Assembly: GCA_904063045.1 (NCBI GenBank)
Contig: CAJFCJ010000002.1
Coordinates: 3,281,891 to 3,345,890, forward strand
DNA length: 64,000 bases
Direction of reading: 5' to 3'
Source of the DNA: Dimorphilus gyrociliatus
Lineage: Eukaryota > Animalia > Annelida
Part shown: piece after piece, positions 52,301-64,000 of the stretch
Position numbering within the stretch: position 1 is the stretch's first letter
Layout of the letters: every line of letters begins with the position of its first letter
Notes under the pieces: model-generated
Told to the model about the DNA's origin: nothing
The model's database searches: none
What the model saw: the letters and a program-made list of their open reading frames with translations, nothing else
Position numbers and translations under genes: made by a program

Positions 52301-55300
52301 TCTCATTTGGTGTTATTATGTAGGCAATTAGTTGTTCCCTAGTCCTTGTAAAGACAAGGCCATAGAGGTTAGACGAGAAGAAAAAAATTGGCGAAGAAAC
52401 AATTTGCATGATGGATTGCGTAGATAAAAGAAACAATTTAATTTAACACTGACAAAACATGACAACTATTGGCGACGCTTTGGAAAAGTATGCCTACAGG
52501 AGTTACCCAGTATTTGTAGTATGATAATTGAATAAAATTTCGTTTCAATCAATACTTCCCTTTTTGCAGTATCCCTTCTATTTTAAAATATATCTAATTA
52601 AACCGTCAATATTAAGGTAATTGTACTGACTAGTTAAGGAGTTGCTTAATGGATATGGTATACAAGTTAACTATTAGAAACTCTGTTTACAAAGACGTCG
52701 TTATGGTCAAGTTATTTACAGTAAAGGTATTCGTAGGTATTTTTTTTTCCACTTTTGTAATTTAAAACCATATTATACACCAAAATCTATACGAAAAGGC
52801 CAAATGGTATCGCTCGCTGACCCCTTCTAGTTTCACATAACTAATCATACGCTCGTAGGGTAAGAATATAACCTATTATACACTAACCAACTGATATTTA
52901 AAAATCTCTCAAATTTCCCCATCAAAACTACTAACTTCCTCAGTGGGAAACATCACAGAAATTTGGCGTTAAAAACAGTTCTTAGGATACAGATGTCAAA
53001 CGCGAAAGTCAGCGAGTATCCGTTACCTATTTGACAGAAATATATAGCTGTCAGCTGCTTATACTAGATAGTATGGAGGACGCGAAGGTTCGTCATGATT
53101 AAATATAATTATAGCTGGATTCGTTAGAGGCGTATAGAAATTTTCGTCTTATCTACCTATAACGGCGTTAAGTAAGCCTTTAGGCGAAAAATTGGAAAAA
53201 GATGGGTTTTTAACGCAATTTTTTCAGCATGTAATTATTATGGTACCATTCCTCTTTTCCTATTTTAAGTTTACTCATTGACTTAATAAAAGAAAAAAGA
53301 ACACTAAGCCTGTAAGCCGTTGGTGTAAAGAGGGGTGGGGGTGGGAGGGATGGAGGGTCGACGTCGAATGCATGTCTTCTTCTATAAATCTATAATCGCA
53401 TACGCAAGCCGGATTACGATCATTGTCGATCCGCAAAATTGTCATCTCTTCGTCTCTTTTTAAACAGATAGCAGCCCTTATTTTTTCATTTGTCTAAATT
53501 GTTACTTTTCCCATTATCCTCATCAATACTCAAATAAATTAACAATAGGGATCATCCAGTTTCACAGAGCGAAAGGGAGCAATCTATCTCATATCAATAC
53601 ACGTATATACTTTCTAATGGTATAATTTAGCGTCCTAAACGGTTTCCTAGACAACCCACGCAATTGAATCTTGAACAAACAATCGGAGCAGACGGCCAGG
53701 CGCCAGCGAATCGGCAATAAACGGCGCGAATTTTTACGCTGGAGGCACGTTATCTCTTATCAAATAATCCACCACTATAGACAACAAATAAATAAAATAG
53801 AAAGAGAGCAAGAGAGAAAGGAACGAAGGCAAAAGAGAAAAAAACAATATAAAGAGAGAAGAAAGACAGCCGACGAATGCGTTCGATTCAACCGGCGCCA
53901 AATAGACGCTGTCGATATATTACCCGGCTGCGATAGAGAAATTTTCGCTATTGCCAACGATGATGGATGGCAGTGGAACACGTGTAGCGCATTTTATATT
54001 GGAATAAAAGCGAGAATCTAATGCTGTGTATGGGCGTCTATAATTTAGAGAAACGCTACACCATAGTACTATTCGTACGGTAGTTTGACTGAAATGTGCC
54101 AGGTGTACGAGACTGTCTTTAGGGACCACCTAACCTACTTCTTATTGTTATTTCTTATGCTCTTATTTCGTTACTGCGTTAAAATGATGTGTTTATTGTA
54201 TACATATATACACACATTAAAATGTACATATACAAATTGACTATGCGCATAAATTTCCCGATTTTCCGTTTATCCTGACATCAGACTGATGCCAATTCCG
54301 GCCTATAGAGACAAATTGGAAGCGATGGTATTTTAGGAGTGAATTCACTTAAATATGCGTGTTTAGGGCGTCTATAATACTTCTTACAATCCTTCTCCAT
54401 TACAATTCGTAATGGTTTTTGCCCCTCTTTTATAATCAAATAAACAAATATACTTATGATTATTATCTGAACAATAGGGTAGAGCTTTTTTTTATTCTTT
54501 CCGTTAAAAGGCCTACTTTTCGCGTTTCTATTGAGATAGAAAAGAGTGGTTTAAGTTGTTGATAAACACTAGTACTACTATGCTCTAGTTAATTTAATTG
54601 GAATCCTTTAATGTCTGTCTATTTATTTGGTTTTAAGATCCTATCAAGCTGGATGCTCTCCTAGTATTAAGTTCACTCTAAACTAGATTTAGTTTTGTTA
54701 GTAAACAACCTGCTTTTTGATTACCAGACTACTCAAATATAAATTAAATAGGCCCAATATACTATTTTTGACCCCCCTGGCTTTATGTCCAATTAATTCA
54801 TCCAATTTTCTTACGAAAATAAAATCAGACCCAAAGGAGTCATTTCTTGTTTTTCCTTCAGACTTTGAATTTGTTTACGCCCAGTTTTCTTACCATATTT
54901 TTACATGTGCTATAAAAACGAGAAAAGCTGTAGGGTATACCCGCTGAAAGTTATTTAATGACAAAAATAGAACAATTTTTGCCAGTTTTAGCATGTTTAG
55001 CTGGTCTAATTACGATTAAACAATTACGTCTATTTCCTATCATTATCTCCAAATATAAGATTATGCATTGCAACTGTTTCAAATAAGAGAAACAAGAATA
55101 AATTACAAAGCATCTTATTAATACGTTTTGTCTGTGTTTTTTTTATTCACTTAGTATAAAACATACCTTCCATTTCTTTTTGTTCAAGAAAACAATATAA
55201 AAAAATGAAAACGAACGTAGATACCCAAGTATTTAGCGTCTATTTGCTTATCATTCATTACTAATGATCCTGTTATTGATAAATTGTATAAAAACACTTT

Positions 55301-58300
55301 ATTTTTAAGGTTAAAAAGTTCGATAGCACTATGTTTTCTTTTTCCTTTTCCATAAAGAAATGCAATCTAATCGGAATTATTTATTTTTCATTCAATAAAA
55401 TACGATATCACATACAACTATAAGTTTGTGTCAATACTCTTCGAAAAAAGAATCTTCAATAGTAGGTTTTAAATATTTCTAAATTACTAGTAGGCACGAC
55501 TATAGGCCAACATTTCACAACCCTTAAAGCAAAGTAAATAAAGATTAACGAACTTCTTTAGATAAATATACAGGTTTGAAAAGGACTATTATTTCGGAAT
55601 GCTTTATATAGTTTGTTTGAACATTTCATTAGCTTTTTATGCAAAAATAAAGTTGAACATATGCCCAAGTACTTCAGATAATTGAATTACGTACAATTTG
55701 TGGTTAATGCTATCTCTTCTATATGATTTCATACATTTAAATTTTAAAGCAAAAAACACTTCTGCCTTAGGGGATTGAACTTGAAGCATTAACAAAGGAG
55801 TTTGTGTCTAATAGAGTGCAATAGCGTCTATAGGCCTTATCACAAACACAGGTTGGTACTTATAAACTACACGTGTTTAACAGATAAAGAAAATATCTCT
55901 TATCGACAGGAAACACTTAGATTCTACACTTTTCCTCTCTTGCTCACTTGACAAACAGCAAAATCATATGAATATCAAATTCGGTTGCTATCTGGGTAGA
56001 GAATAAATGTTTCCTATAATAAATAAACATTTGGGAAAAATTCTATATTTCTTTACAAAAATTAATTAAATGTCTAAAATGTTAACGTTTTCATATAATA
56101 TACTAGTAACCATCTGGAAAAGAATGTATAAATCATAGTTATAGAAAGACAATTTACTGCAATCTGCTGCAGTTGTCTTCAATAAATTTTGCGTGCTTTA
56201 TAGAACGAGTTAGAGCCAGCCCTATTTTTAATAATTCACTCCAAGCACTTCGTGTGCAACAGTTCCAATTTAGTAATTACAAATCTGACTGCAATCCGAA
56301 ACGCGACTGCAATTTCGTTTTATTGATATTGCAAAAAAAAATAGGAATTGGGGCTCGAAACACGACTAGTGATTCACACCTGCAAACCATCGAACTTGTT
56401 AATTAATGCAAAACACAAACGGTTTTACTGAATTAAATTTTTCTAAACTGTAAAAACACTACAGCAAAGCTAAATTACCATAAAAAATTGCTTTAAAAAG
56501 TAGAAAAGTGCCAATAAAAGCTGTTTTTTTTTATTATTCGATCAACTAATCAAAAGGGAAAAATAAAGAGAATTTAAAAAAATTGAGGATAGCTGCCGTA
56601 GTAAAAGAATGCAAATGGAAATCTATTTCCCTTATTCAGTTATAGAAGAAAATGCACTAAAACACCGCAAAAGTCATTCTCTATTACCAAGTACGATTAA
56701 ATATAGGCATAACTTTTTTACATTTTCATTAAAAATCAGAAAATAACAGATTAACTAAACGATAAAAGTCAAAATTATTCATTAGAAATGTATAAAAACA
56801 GTGTAAATTCTATCCTAGCTTCAATTGAAGCAATATTGCCTTGGATTTAAGAGTAAATTTTGTAAAATTAACTGCGAATCATGTTGACAGTTTATGCAAT
56901 ACAGATTTTACTGTAATAACTAAAGGGCTAGAATATATATAACTATATATATATATACTGTATATTTATTGTATATGTGAATATCTGGTAGGTATTCAAC
57001 GGACTCTAAAATAAAATTTGCATTTGAGCTTTGATACAGCAATTTATTTAATTGCATACGGGAATTGATATATCGCCTACGATTCTCTTTATTTATAAAA
57101 AGTCCTGCAGAACCCTATTTTAACAAAAACCCCCAGATTTAGAGGTTAATCAAGATAATTAGGGAAAAGTCTTCGATTTAAAAATACACATAAGAATATA
57201 AATTCCAAATAATTAAACTCGGTCTACAAAAACCAAAGATGAAAAATTAGTTTATCTTGTTTGTTCAAATATCTACAAGGCTATTTTTTCTATAGTTCCT
57301 AGATGCAAACAAAGAATAGAGGTTTCTAATCAATTGATAAATTTTAAGGTTAAACGAAGAGAATGAGATTGAAAAAGGAGATAATACCAATATATGTAAT
57401 AAGGAGAGTACGTCTAGGCATTACGTAACTTAATAACGGGCAAAGCGCATTGAAGACGAACTTCAAAAAGAGGAACAAGCAATGTAGTTGATAAAACCTT
57501 CGCGTCTATCAACGCGACTTTTACAGCTAACAAAACTACATCAGTCGTATATTAGCAAGATGGAGATCAAAAGCAAGATAAACTTTAACCTTGCCAAAAC
57601 CAATCCAATTTATTAATTACCACCAATGCGGCTAGTGGAAAAGAAAAATATTTCTTTACCGCAAACCATTGAATACACAAACAAAGCTCGACTGCAAATT
57701 ATTCTTGTTCCGTATGTTAACAAAACAACGAAGAGGCGCCTACTGCAGACTGTTAGCCAAACACTGCAAAATATATCGCAAAAACTTGAGCCGCTTTCAC
57801 GTTTCATTTCAATTTCCCCTTGAATAGCTTACTTTACTATTTACCGTAAATCAATCAATAAATTTGTCAAAACTAAAATTGATTTTAAATATAACCTTGC
57901 CTCCTGACTCACTGACTGCAATCCAATTAATTGACTATTACCCTACAGTAAATTGCAGTTGTCACTTACGATTGTCTCACCCTTCTAGTCTCAGATCACG
58001 ATCGTATAAATTAGAAATTCTATATAAAAACCGCAAGAATATCGGATAAACATAAATATTGTCCCTGTAAATAAGACAAGATTCGAGCATCGCCTATAGG
58101 CCTATTCGTATGCAGATGAGCCGTTTGCGGTAGGGAGAGAAGTTGTGAATAATTGAGGGGGAGTCAATTCTTTTTTATATCTTCAATTCTTTTCAAGAGC
58201 GTCTCTTTTTGTTTATCTGAATTATTTATGTCTAGAGAAACAACATTAATTATGTATGCTAATGACCAATGTACACGCAAACTCGTATCATATATTCGGA

Positions 58301-61300
58301 AAAAGTATAAAAAAGAAAAAAGTAGAACAAAGGAATAGACCTTTATAGTGATTCTTATATTTCTTGTATTATTTATATTGTTTAAAATATTCGTAAAATC
58401 ATCCATCTTAAGCTAACTGACATATTCTTATTAATTAAATATAGAACAGAATAATTTATATAAACTTTTGTTTATACCTAAATGTCGAAAAAATCTATTT
58501 GCATATCCTGAACTTCTCAATGCATTTAATATTTTTGATTATTTTAAAAAGTATGCAAACTAATTACAATATCACTTCAATTAAACATTTACTGTACTAT
58601 TTTGTGCAGTAAGTTCTATTATTTATGTGCATCAGATCAATAGGCTTTATGATATGTTTCCAATTCAATATTCATATTCATAGATATAAGCATATCAAAT
58701 AGTTTAAGGCGAAGTATCTATTATCAAAACTGTGTTTAAGTATTTCTAAATAGTTATATAAAAGATAAATAGATATGGAAAAATACAGGAAGAATGGAAT
58801 TATTCTAAATAATTGATATAAACGACAGAAATTGATATTTAAAAATAGTAAAGAATGTGGTAAACGAAAATATAATAAAAATAAAAAAATTGTATACAAT
58901 AGAACTATGTTTTTAATTATGCATGCTAATGATAAATGTGCTCGTTTGTGTCTAATGTCCTAACGTGAACGCACTATTAAATAAAAAATAGGGGAATGAG
59001 AGTACGAGGAAAAAGGGGAGGTGTAGTAGACTGTGTGGCTGCGTGGGGGGGGGGGAGGGGGAGAGAGGGGGTGGAAGCTATACAAGAATGACAGGGACAC
59101 ATGTGTAACAGGTTTTGTCTAAAAACTTTATTAGAAACAATAAAAAGCTGACTATTTTAAATTTATCAACAAATAAAAAATTGATATTATAATTAAGGGG
59201 ATTGTAAAGAAAAATTAAGAGGAAAAAAATTAGGGGAAAACGTTACAGAACATCTGCCAAACTGTCACAACGGAATTCTATGCATGAATATAAGTTTGTT
59301 TCTTTTATAATTACATTTTTTTCAAAATGATTTATTAAAATACACGCAAACCTGAAATGTCAAATTGTAACAGTTTGCAAATATCTTATATATTCAAGTA
59401 CAAAATCGCTATTGGACACGCGAGATTCAAATAAGTAATACAGACCATTAGCAAACTGACATTTTAAAGCTTAATCTTCCTATGTTTCGATTTTGTTTTT
59501 TTTATATTTATTAAAATCAATGAATTTTCTTTTTAAATATAGTTTATGGAAATAGAAGCCGTGTTAATTTGTACTGTTTAACCTTCTTTTCATATTTTGT
59601 CATTCAGGGTCAACTGATTTTTATAACCCAAAAATTAGATGGAAAAAAATACATTTTTTTTTCGCGTTTCTCATGTAATTTTCTTGTCAGATCAAAGGAG
59701 AGTAATTCCTTATCGATCATTTGAGCTGTTATTCCTTGTTCAGCTTAGAAATCTTTCCAGTCCGTTATAAAATTCATCGTCATTTCTTTTTACAATGCTT
59801 TACTGTTTTCCCGTATTCATACAATAAAAAAGGCCTAACAATCATTAAAACAGAATTATAAACAATCAATATTGCGTAATGCGATTTATAGCTACAACTT
59901 ATTACTCTAACAATCTTTACAATCTCAATAGACCAAGTAATGTTTGTTGAACTATTTCCCTATTCCCATCATTTGTTCTGTCCAGGCACAAAACCTCCTT
60001 ATGTCTTCTAGAAATGGCAATTGAGTAGGCCCAACAATTTTCCTATCTGATTTATTAGTAAGATAGAATTTTGTTTGACCAAAACCTATGCTTGTTGAGA
60101 TTATTTATCATTCCTCTATTAATCAATTAATGATGTTTTTACATTATTTATTCTAGGGCCATAAACCAAATACAAACTGGGGACAGACTTGATGATACAA
60201 AAGATATTTATTTTTAATTATTTCATCGTATATTCAGATATATTTAGGAAATATTGACTGCTTAGTTATTTATTTATAATAAATAACATTTTTAGGATTT
60301 ATACAGTCCACTGGGTATGTTATATGCCTATTTTATAAACTCTATTTAAAACAATCCTCAAATACTTGTATAAAATAGATAAAAATAAGTCAAGTTTTTA
60401 ATTTCTATCACGATTTAACTGTTTTCATAGTAATTTCATTATTCTAAGGGGAATATATTCACTCGTCGTGATATGTTAAAATCCTAAAAAGAAACCATCC
60501 GTGTTAATATTTCTCTATCATTTTTATTCATAAGCTAAAGTTATTTATAATTCACTTTAATTAATAATAGAAAGTGATAGTTTACTTTTTTTGTTATTCT
60601 TATTTTATTGAAAGTTTACTTTCGTTAATATAAGCAGGCAAAAATATGTATAGAAACACACTTCAAGAGCTAAACTTATGTTTGCAAAGATATTTCAACA
60701 CCACGTTCTTAATCTTTCTGCGGAAAGAACGAATGTTTCACGGTTGATAGAAGGATTTTTTTATCTTACAGTTTTTAGTTATTATTTAACAAAGTTAAAA
60801 AGTAGGATATTACCCTTTTTCAATTTATTAGTTTAGACTGAAATTGTTGATAAAATGGGTAGGGCAAGGTGATAATCCTTTCAATGAAAAGGAAGAGAAG
60901 ATAAATGATAAAAATTTTAATAAAAGACTTTCCTTAACTCTTTATTTATTTTCTTTGCCAAATAACTTTTGGGCCAAATGGAATGGAAACGTATATATAG
61001 TTAATTAGCTTTAGCCTGAATAAAAGTTGTACCCCGAAATAGAAGGGCTAGTTGCATTAATACTTTAATGAATATTCTATAAATAAACGAGAAAAACAAC
61101 GCACAGGGGAAAGAGGAAAAATGATCAAGTTCGTATCTGAATGATAAAGAAAACCATTCGTTATTTTTTCTTGTTTTTGCTATCAGGTTTGGCCGAATAA
61201 GTGGTAAATATTCACTCTACGATCTGTAACAGATCTTCTCTATTAAACACTTAACTAGTATTCGAAATATAGGTTAAAAACAGGCCATCATAAAAAGACT

Positions 61301-62216
61301 ATTATTCGGTTGGCGACAAAAACTGCGTTCCTTTCACACATATCGATTATCTTAGCGAATATTCTATTTGCCTTTGCCAATTCAAGCAATAAATTGGGAT
61401 GATAAGGGATCTAGGCCTAGACAACATGAGATAAACTAATTAAAATATAGTTCTATTCGACAGGCAGATATATTTAAAGTGTGATTGATTGCGAAAATTC
61501 GACAATGACTAGTTATATAAATCGATAAATAATGAATAAGTTTTATAAACTGTATACTAAAAAATTCTATTTTGTAGTCAGTCTAAGCTTCTTTCTATAA
61601 GGATTTGTTACTAATTGCGAAACAACTAGTCAAGAGAAAAATATTTCTACAATTCATTTTACTATAATAACAAAATAGAATAGTTTATAAACGAAAATAG
61701 AATTCGTATTGTGTTTTAAAACACTTAAAATTGAACGAAAAGAATGCAAATAGGCACTTTCTTTCTTTATATTGTGTGATAAACATACTCGAAAGTTAAG
61801 TTTAACGTTAAATTGGTTCAATCAAAGATTAGAAAGTATTGTTAAATTTATTTCAGTTTATAACAAGAACTTCTAATTAAAATACTCCTTTAATTGCGTT
61901 CAATGTCAATATTACACATTGCTATTTGTGCTTGTTACTGGAAACATTATTAACTTTTTAGAAGAACTCCGAAACAGGTAGCTAAGCAAAAAAAAAGTAA
62001 GGCCTACAAAAGGGCCCAACTTGTTCGTCTAACGATTTTTATACAAAACACGTGTTTGTCAATGCTGTCATGCCATAAGTAGGGATAATCCGACAAGATT
62101 ATCGACTTAGTAGAAAAATGGTGTAAAAACCGGTTTTATTTACCTGAAAAGTTCAAAAGGGAGAGTAGCAGCAGACAACGAAAACTGGTCATTTTCGGGT
62201 CTAAGCCAATTTTCAT
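43391..62216 (-). CDS. DCC: DCC/neogenin/frazzled netrin receptor, about 1224 aa; exons 62144-62216, 46756-48023, 44711-46685, 44202-44354, 43391-43596
   Basis: Four Ig domains and six FN3 domains, TM AVLYSIIGSVVGFTAIVVIIISIYVC, then the family-defining cytoplasmic motifs P1 (LKPPDLWIHDQMELKNV), P2 (HPLRSFAAPL) and P3 (EELSAEMANLEGLMKDLNAIT). Introns are GT-AG with matching phases (3675 nt total). It is a single invertebrate co-ortholog of DCC and NEO1. Confidence 0.93.
44552..44578 (-). CDS. Candidate 27-nt in-frame microexon in the DCC cytoplasmic tail (xLPADKRDN)
   Basis: GTTAAG|CG CTC CCT GCC GAT AAA AGA GAT AAC C|GTTTGT; phase 1-1; the GTTTGT donor is also used by myosin exon 5. Confidence 0.4.
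44627..44647 (-). CDS. Candidate 21-nt in-frame microexon in the DCC cytoplasmic tail (PAFYHWQ)
   Basis: TATCTTTCCAG|CG GCG TTT TAT CAT TGG CAG G|GTACTA; phase 1-1; 63-nt upstream intron. Confidence 0.4.
50127..50138. promoter_or_regulatory. Perfect palindromic NRF1/EWG-type element in DCC intron 1
   Basis: TGCGCATGCGCA, adjacent to a CpG-rich patch at about 50360-50700; function is inferred. Confidence 0.45.
62144..62216 (-). CDS. DCC: Signal-peptide exon 1 of the DCC/neogenin gene (MKIGLDPKMTSFRCLLLLSLLNFS)
   Basis: ATG 62216 (second ATG 62192), hydrophobic core CLLLLSLL, donor TCAG|GTAAAT in phase 1 matching the acceptor at 48023 (G|AT = D); CpG-rich promoter-like DNA at about 62340-62900 immediately upstream. 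Confidence 0.8.
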
Positions 62217-62339
62217 GTATTTTCGCCCACAATAGTATAAAAATGTTCATTCATTTCTAAACCGTCACTTCTAAGGAGCTTTCATGTAGTTATGATGTCC
62301 AAGTATAATCTTTCCTGAGGCAGAAGTATTATCCGATTT

Positions 62340-62900
62340 TTCCAAGCTAAGATCGCTACACTTTGATGTTGCCTGCCCGATAGCCAAGCGATATAGTGAG
62401 AACGGAAACGAGACGCCGACCCAATTTGCATAAGGGTTACCGCCAGATGGCGATTATTTTTTTTTAAAAAAAGGCTGTTCTACATACCGCCTATCCTCCC
62501 TTTTGGTAATTCCCCTCAGTATTTGTATCCCTCCCCATGCAGTAAAAGGGCGCGGAAAATGAGACGTATCTCATTATCTCATAACAAAGAATCCATGTGA
62601 TTCACGCGCTTCCCAGCGCGTGCATTTTAATAGATCGATTGCGGGTTTTTTTATTAGGGCTGTCGGAATGATTTATATGTTGCGGTATGCGTTTGTTTTG
62701 AAATGTAGCGGGCGTGAACATATGTGTTTGTTTTTGTTTCTTGTCTGCTGGGCAGTTGGGGAGGAAGTGAAGACTGAAGAGAGAAGCAGGTTAGCCTAAT
62801 TAGGGTGTGTCACGCTGTAATTAATAATCGACCTTGACGGCGTCTCGTTGAGCGAATTCTTTAGGGTATGAGTGGGCTGGAGAATTTCATTTTATATCTT
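62340..62900 (-). promoter_or_regulatory. CpG-rich promoter/5'UTR region of the DCC/neogenin gene
   Basis: Local GC/CpG enrichment directly upstream of the signal-peptide exon; YY1-like AGATGGCG near 62445 and an 8-bp inverted repeat at 62603-62622. Confidence 0.5.
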
Positions 62901-64000
62901 TAAAGCATATCAGTAAAAAGTTACAAAAAAAAGAAGGTTTTAGGTGGTGACTGGCGGACGTATGGCTTTAATTAATGAATGTAGGTTGGAACTTTCTAAT
63001 GGATTTGCAACATTTTGACTTTCTTTACTTTTAATTAGAAAAGATATTGAAAGAAGTAAAAGAAAAATAACAAACTAGCAAAAAATAATCTTATCAATTT
63101 TTAATTTATGGCATAATTTTCTTGTTTGTAATTATAAAATGAACTCTTTCATGTCTTTTTTCCCTTTAGAGTAAGTACACCCGATAGGGTCAATACAATA
63201 GATGAGTCACTTGACATTAATAACCCCCCTCTCTCTGTCTATCTCTCTCTTTTTCTACTTTTTTCCCCCTTCCCTTTCCATAACTTTAATTTACATATGA
63301 TTAATATCTACTTATTAAACGTAATTTCTTTTTTATCTTATAGAACTAAGAAATAAATCATTTAATTAGTCAGCTAAAATTTCTTTAACCTTTGAATGAT
63401 TAAGACAACTCGTAAATTAATAAATCAAGTGGAAAGAATGTCCACTCATTCTATTTACGAGGCCTTATATATATACACAGATGCTGGGGCATAAAATTAA
63501 TCCAGTGGAATGAGTCAAACATTCGCAAGTACCGCTTTGTAAAAGTATATCTCATTAATATATTGCGTTACTTGAATGAAAACAAATAATAAACAATTCA
63601 AAATTCCTTTCTAAACACACACTTGTTTTCTTTTGAATGGACATAAAGTTAATTACAATTTAGATAAGCTAACGTAGACAAAGAGACAATTTGATAGTTT
63701 ATTGAAAGAAGTTGCTTTTGTATATATACAAAGTCTAAAGATTACTCAATTTCACTTAGATGTCGTTAACTTAGAGAAATTCAAAATTCATTCAAAGAAG
63801 AAGAAAAAGTTTTTATAGGGGAAAAAGGGATATTATTTCACTATTTTCCCTTCCCTATTCTATACTTGTACTCTTTTCTTCAACTTATATAGAGTTTATA
63901 TTTTCAGTGTGGGCGAGATGTAATTGACTGTAAACTTAATTTCCAATATGCGGGTATATAAATATGAATTAAATATGGAATGTATATAAATAAATATATC

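Noticed and set aside
53671-54021. 116-aa plus-strand ORF with a K/R/E-rich middle
   Set aside because: It starts at TTG and the charged part is the complement of a minus-strand polypyrimidine tract.
55760-55800. GGGATTGAAC resembling the reverse complement of a tRNA T-loop
   Set aside because: The flanking bases do not form a T-stem or acceptor stem; no cloverleaf.
1-64000. CRISPR arrays, rRNA, snRNA and intact transposons
   Set aside because: No regularly spaced direct repeats, conserved RNA-gene signatures, transposase or reverse-transcriptase motifs, or terminal repeats were seen; CTTACCTG hits are splice donors rather than U1.

Overview
AT-rich eukaryotic (metazoan) genomic DNA with spliceosomal GT-AG introns, most only about 55-120 nt. 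The style suggests a compact invertebrate genome, but the species cannot be determined from the sequence. I reconstructed five protein-coding genes by hand, checking splice phase at every junction: (1) a CELF3-6/bruno-3/unc-75-type RNA-binding protein (minus, 6 exons, 428 aa); (2) an unconventional myosin XV (minus, 20 exons, about 2434 aa); (3) head-to-head with it, an unrecognised CARD + coiled-coil protein (plus, 11 exons, about 759 aa); (4) an intronless PAPS-dependent sulfotransferase of the bacterial-like type (plus, 428 aa); (5) a DCC/neogenin/frazzled netrin receptor (minus, 4 Ig-6 FN3-TM-P1/P2/P3, about 1224 aa) whose signal-peptide exon lies 14 kb upstream. No rRNA, tRNA, CRISPR array or intact transposon was recognised. 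The most interesting signals are exons absent from the ORF track: a phase-compatible internal first exon that would give a headless myosin XV, two candidate internal first exons giving RRM1-less CELF isoforms, 21/27/29-nt candidate microexons in the DCC cytoplasmic tail, and a possible small membrane-protein gene at 39.7-40.35 kb. All isoform calls are predictions from sequence only and need RNA evidence.
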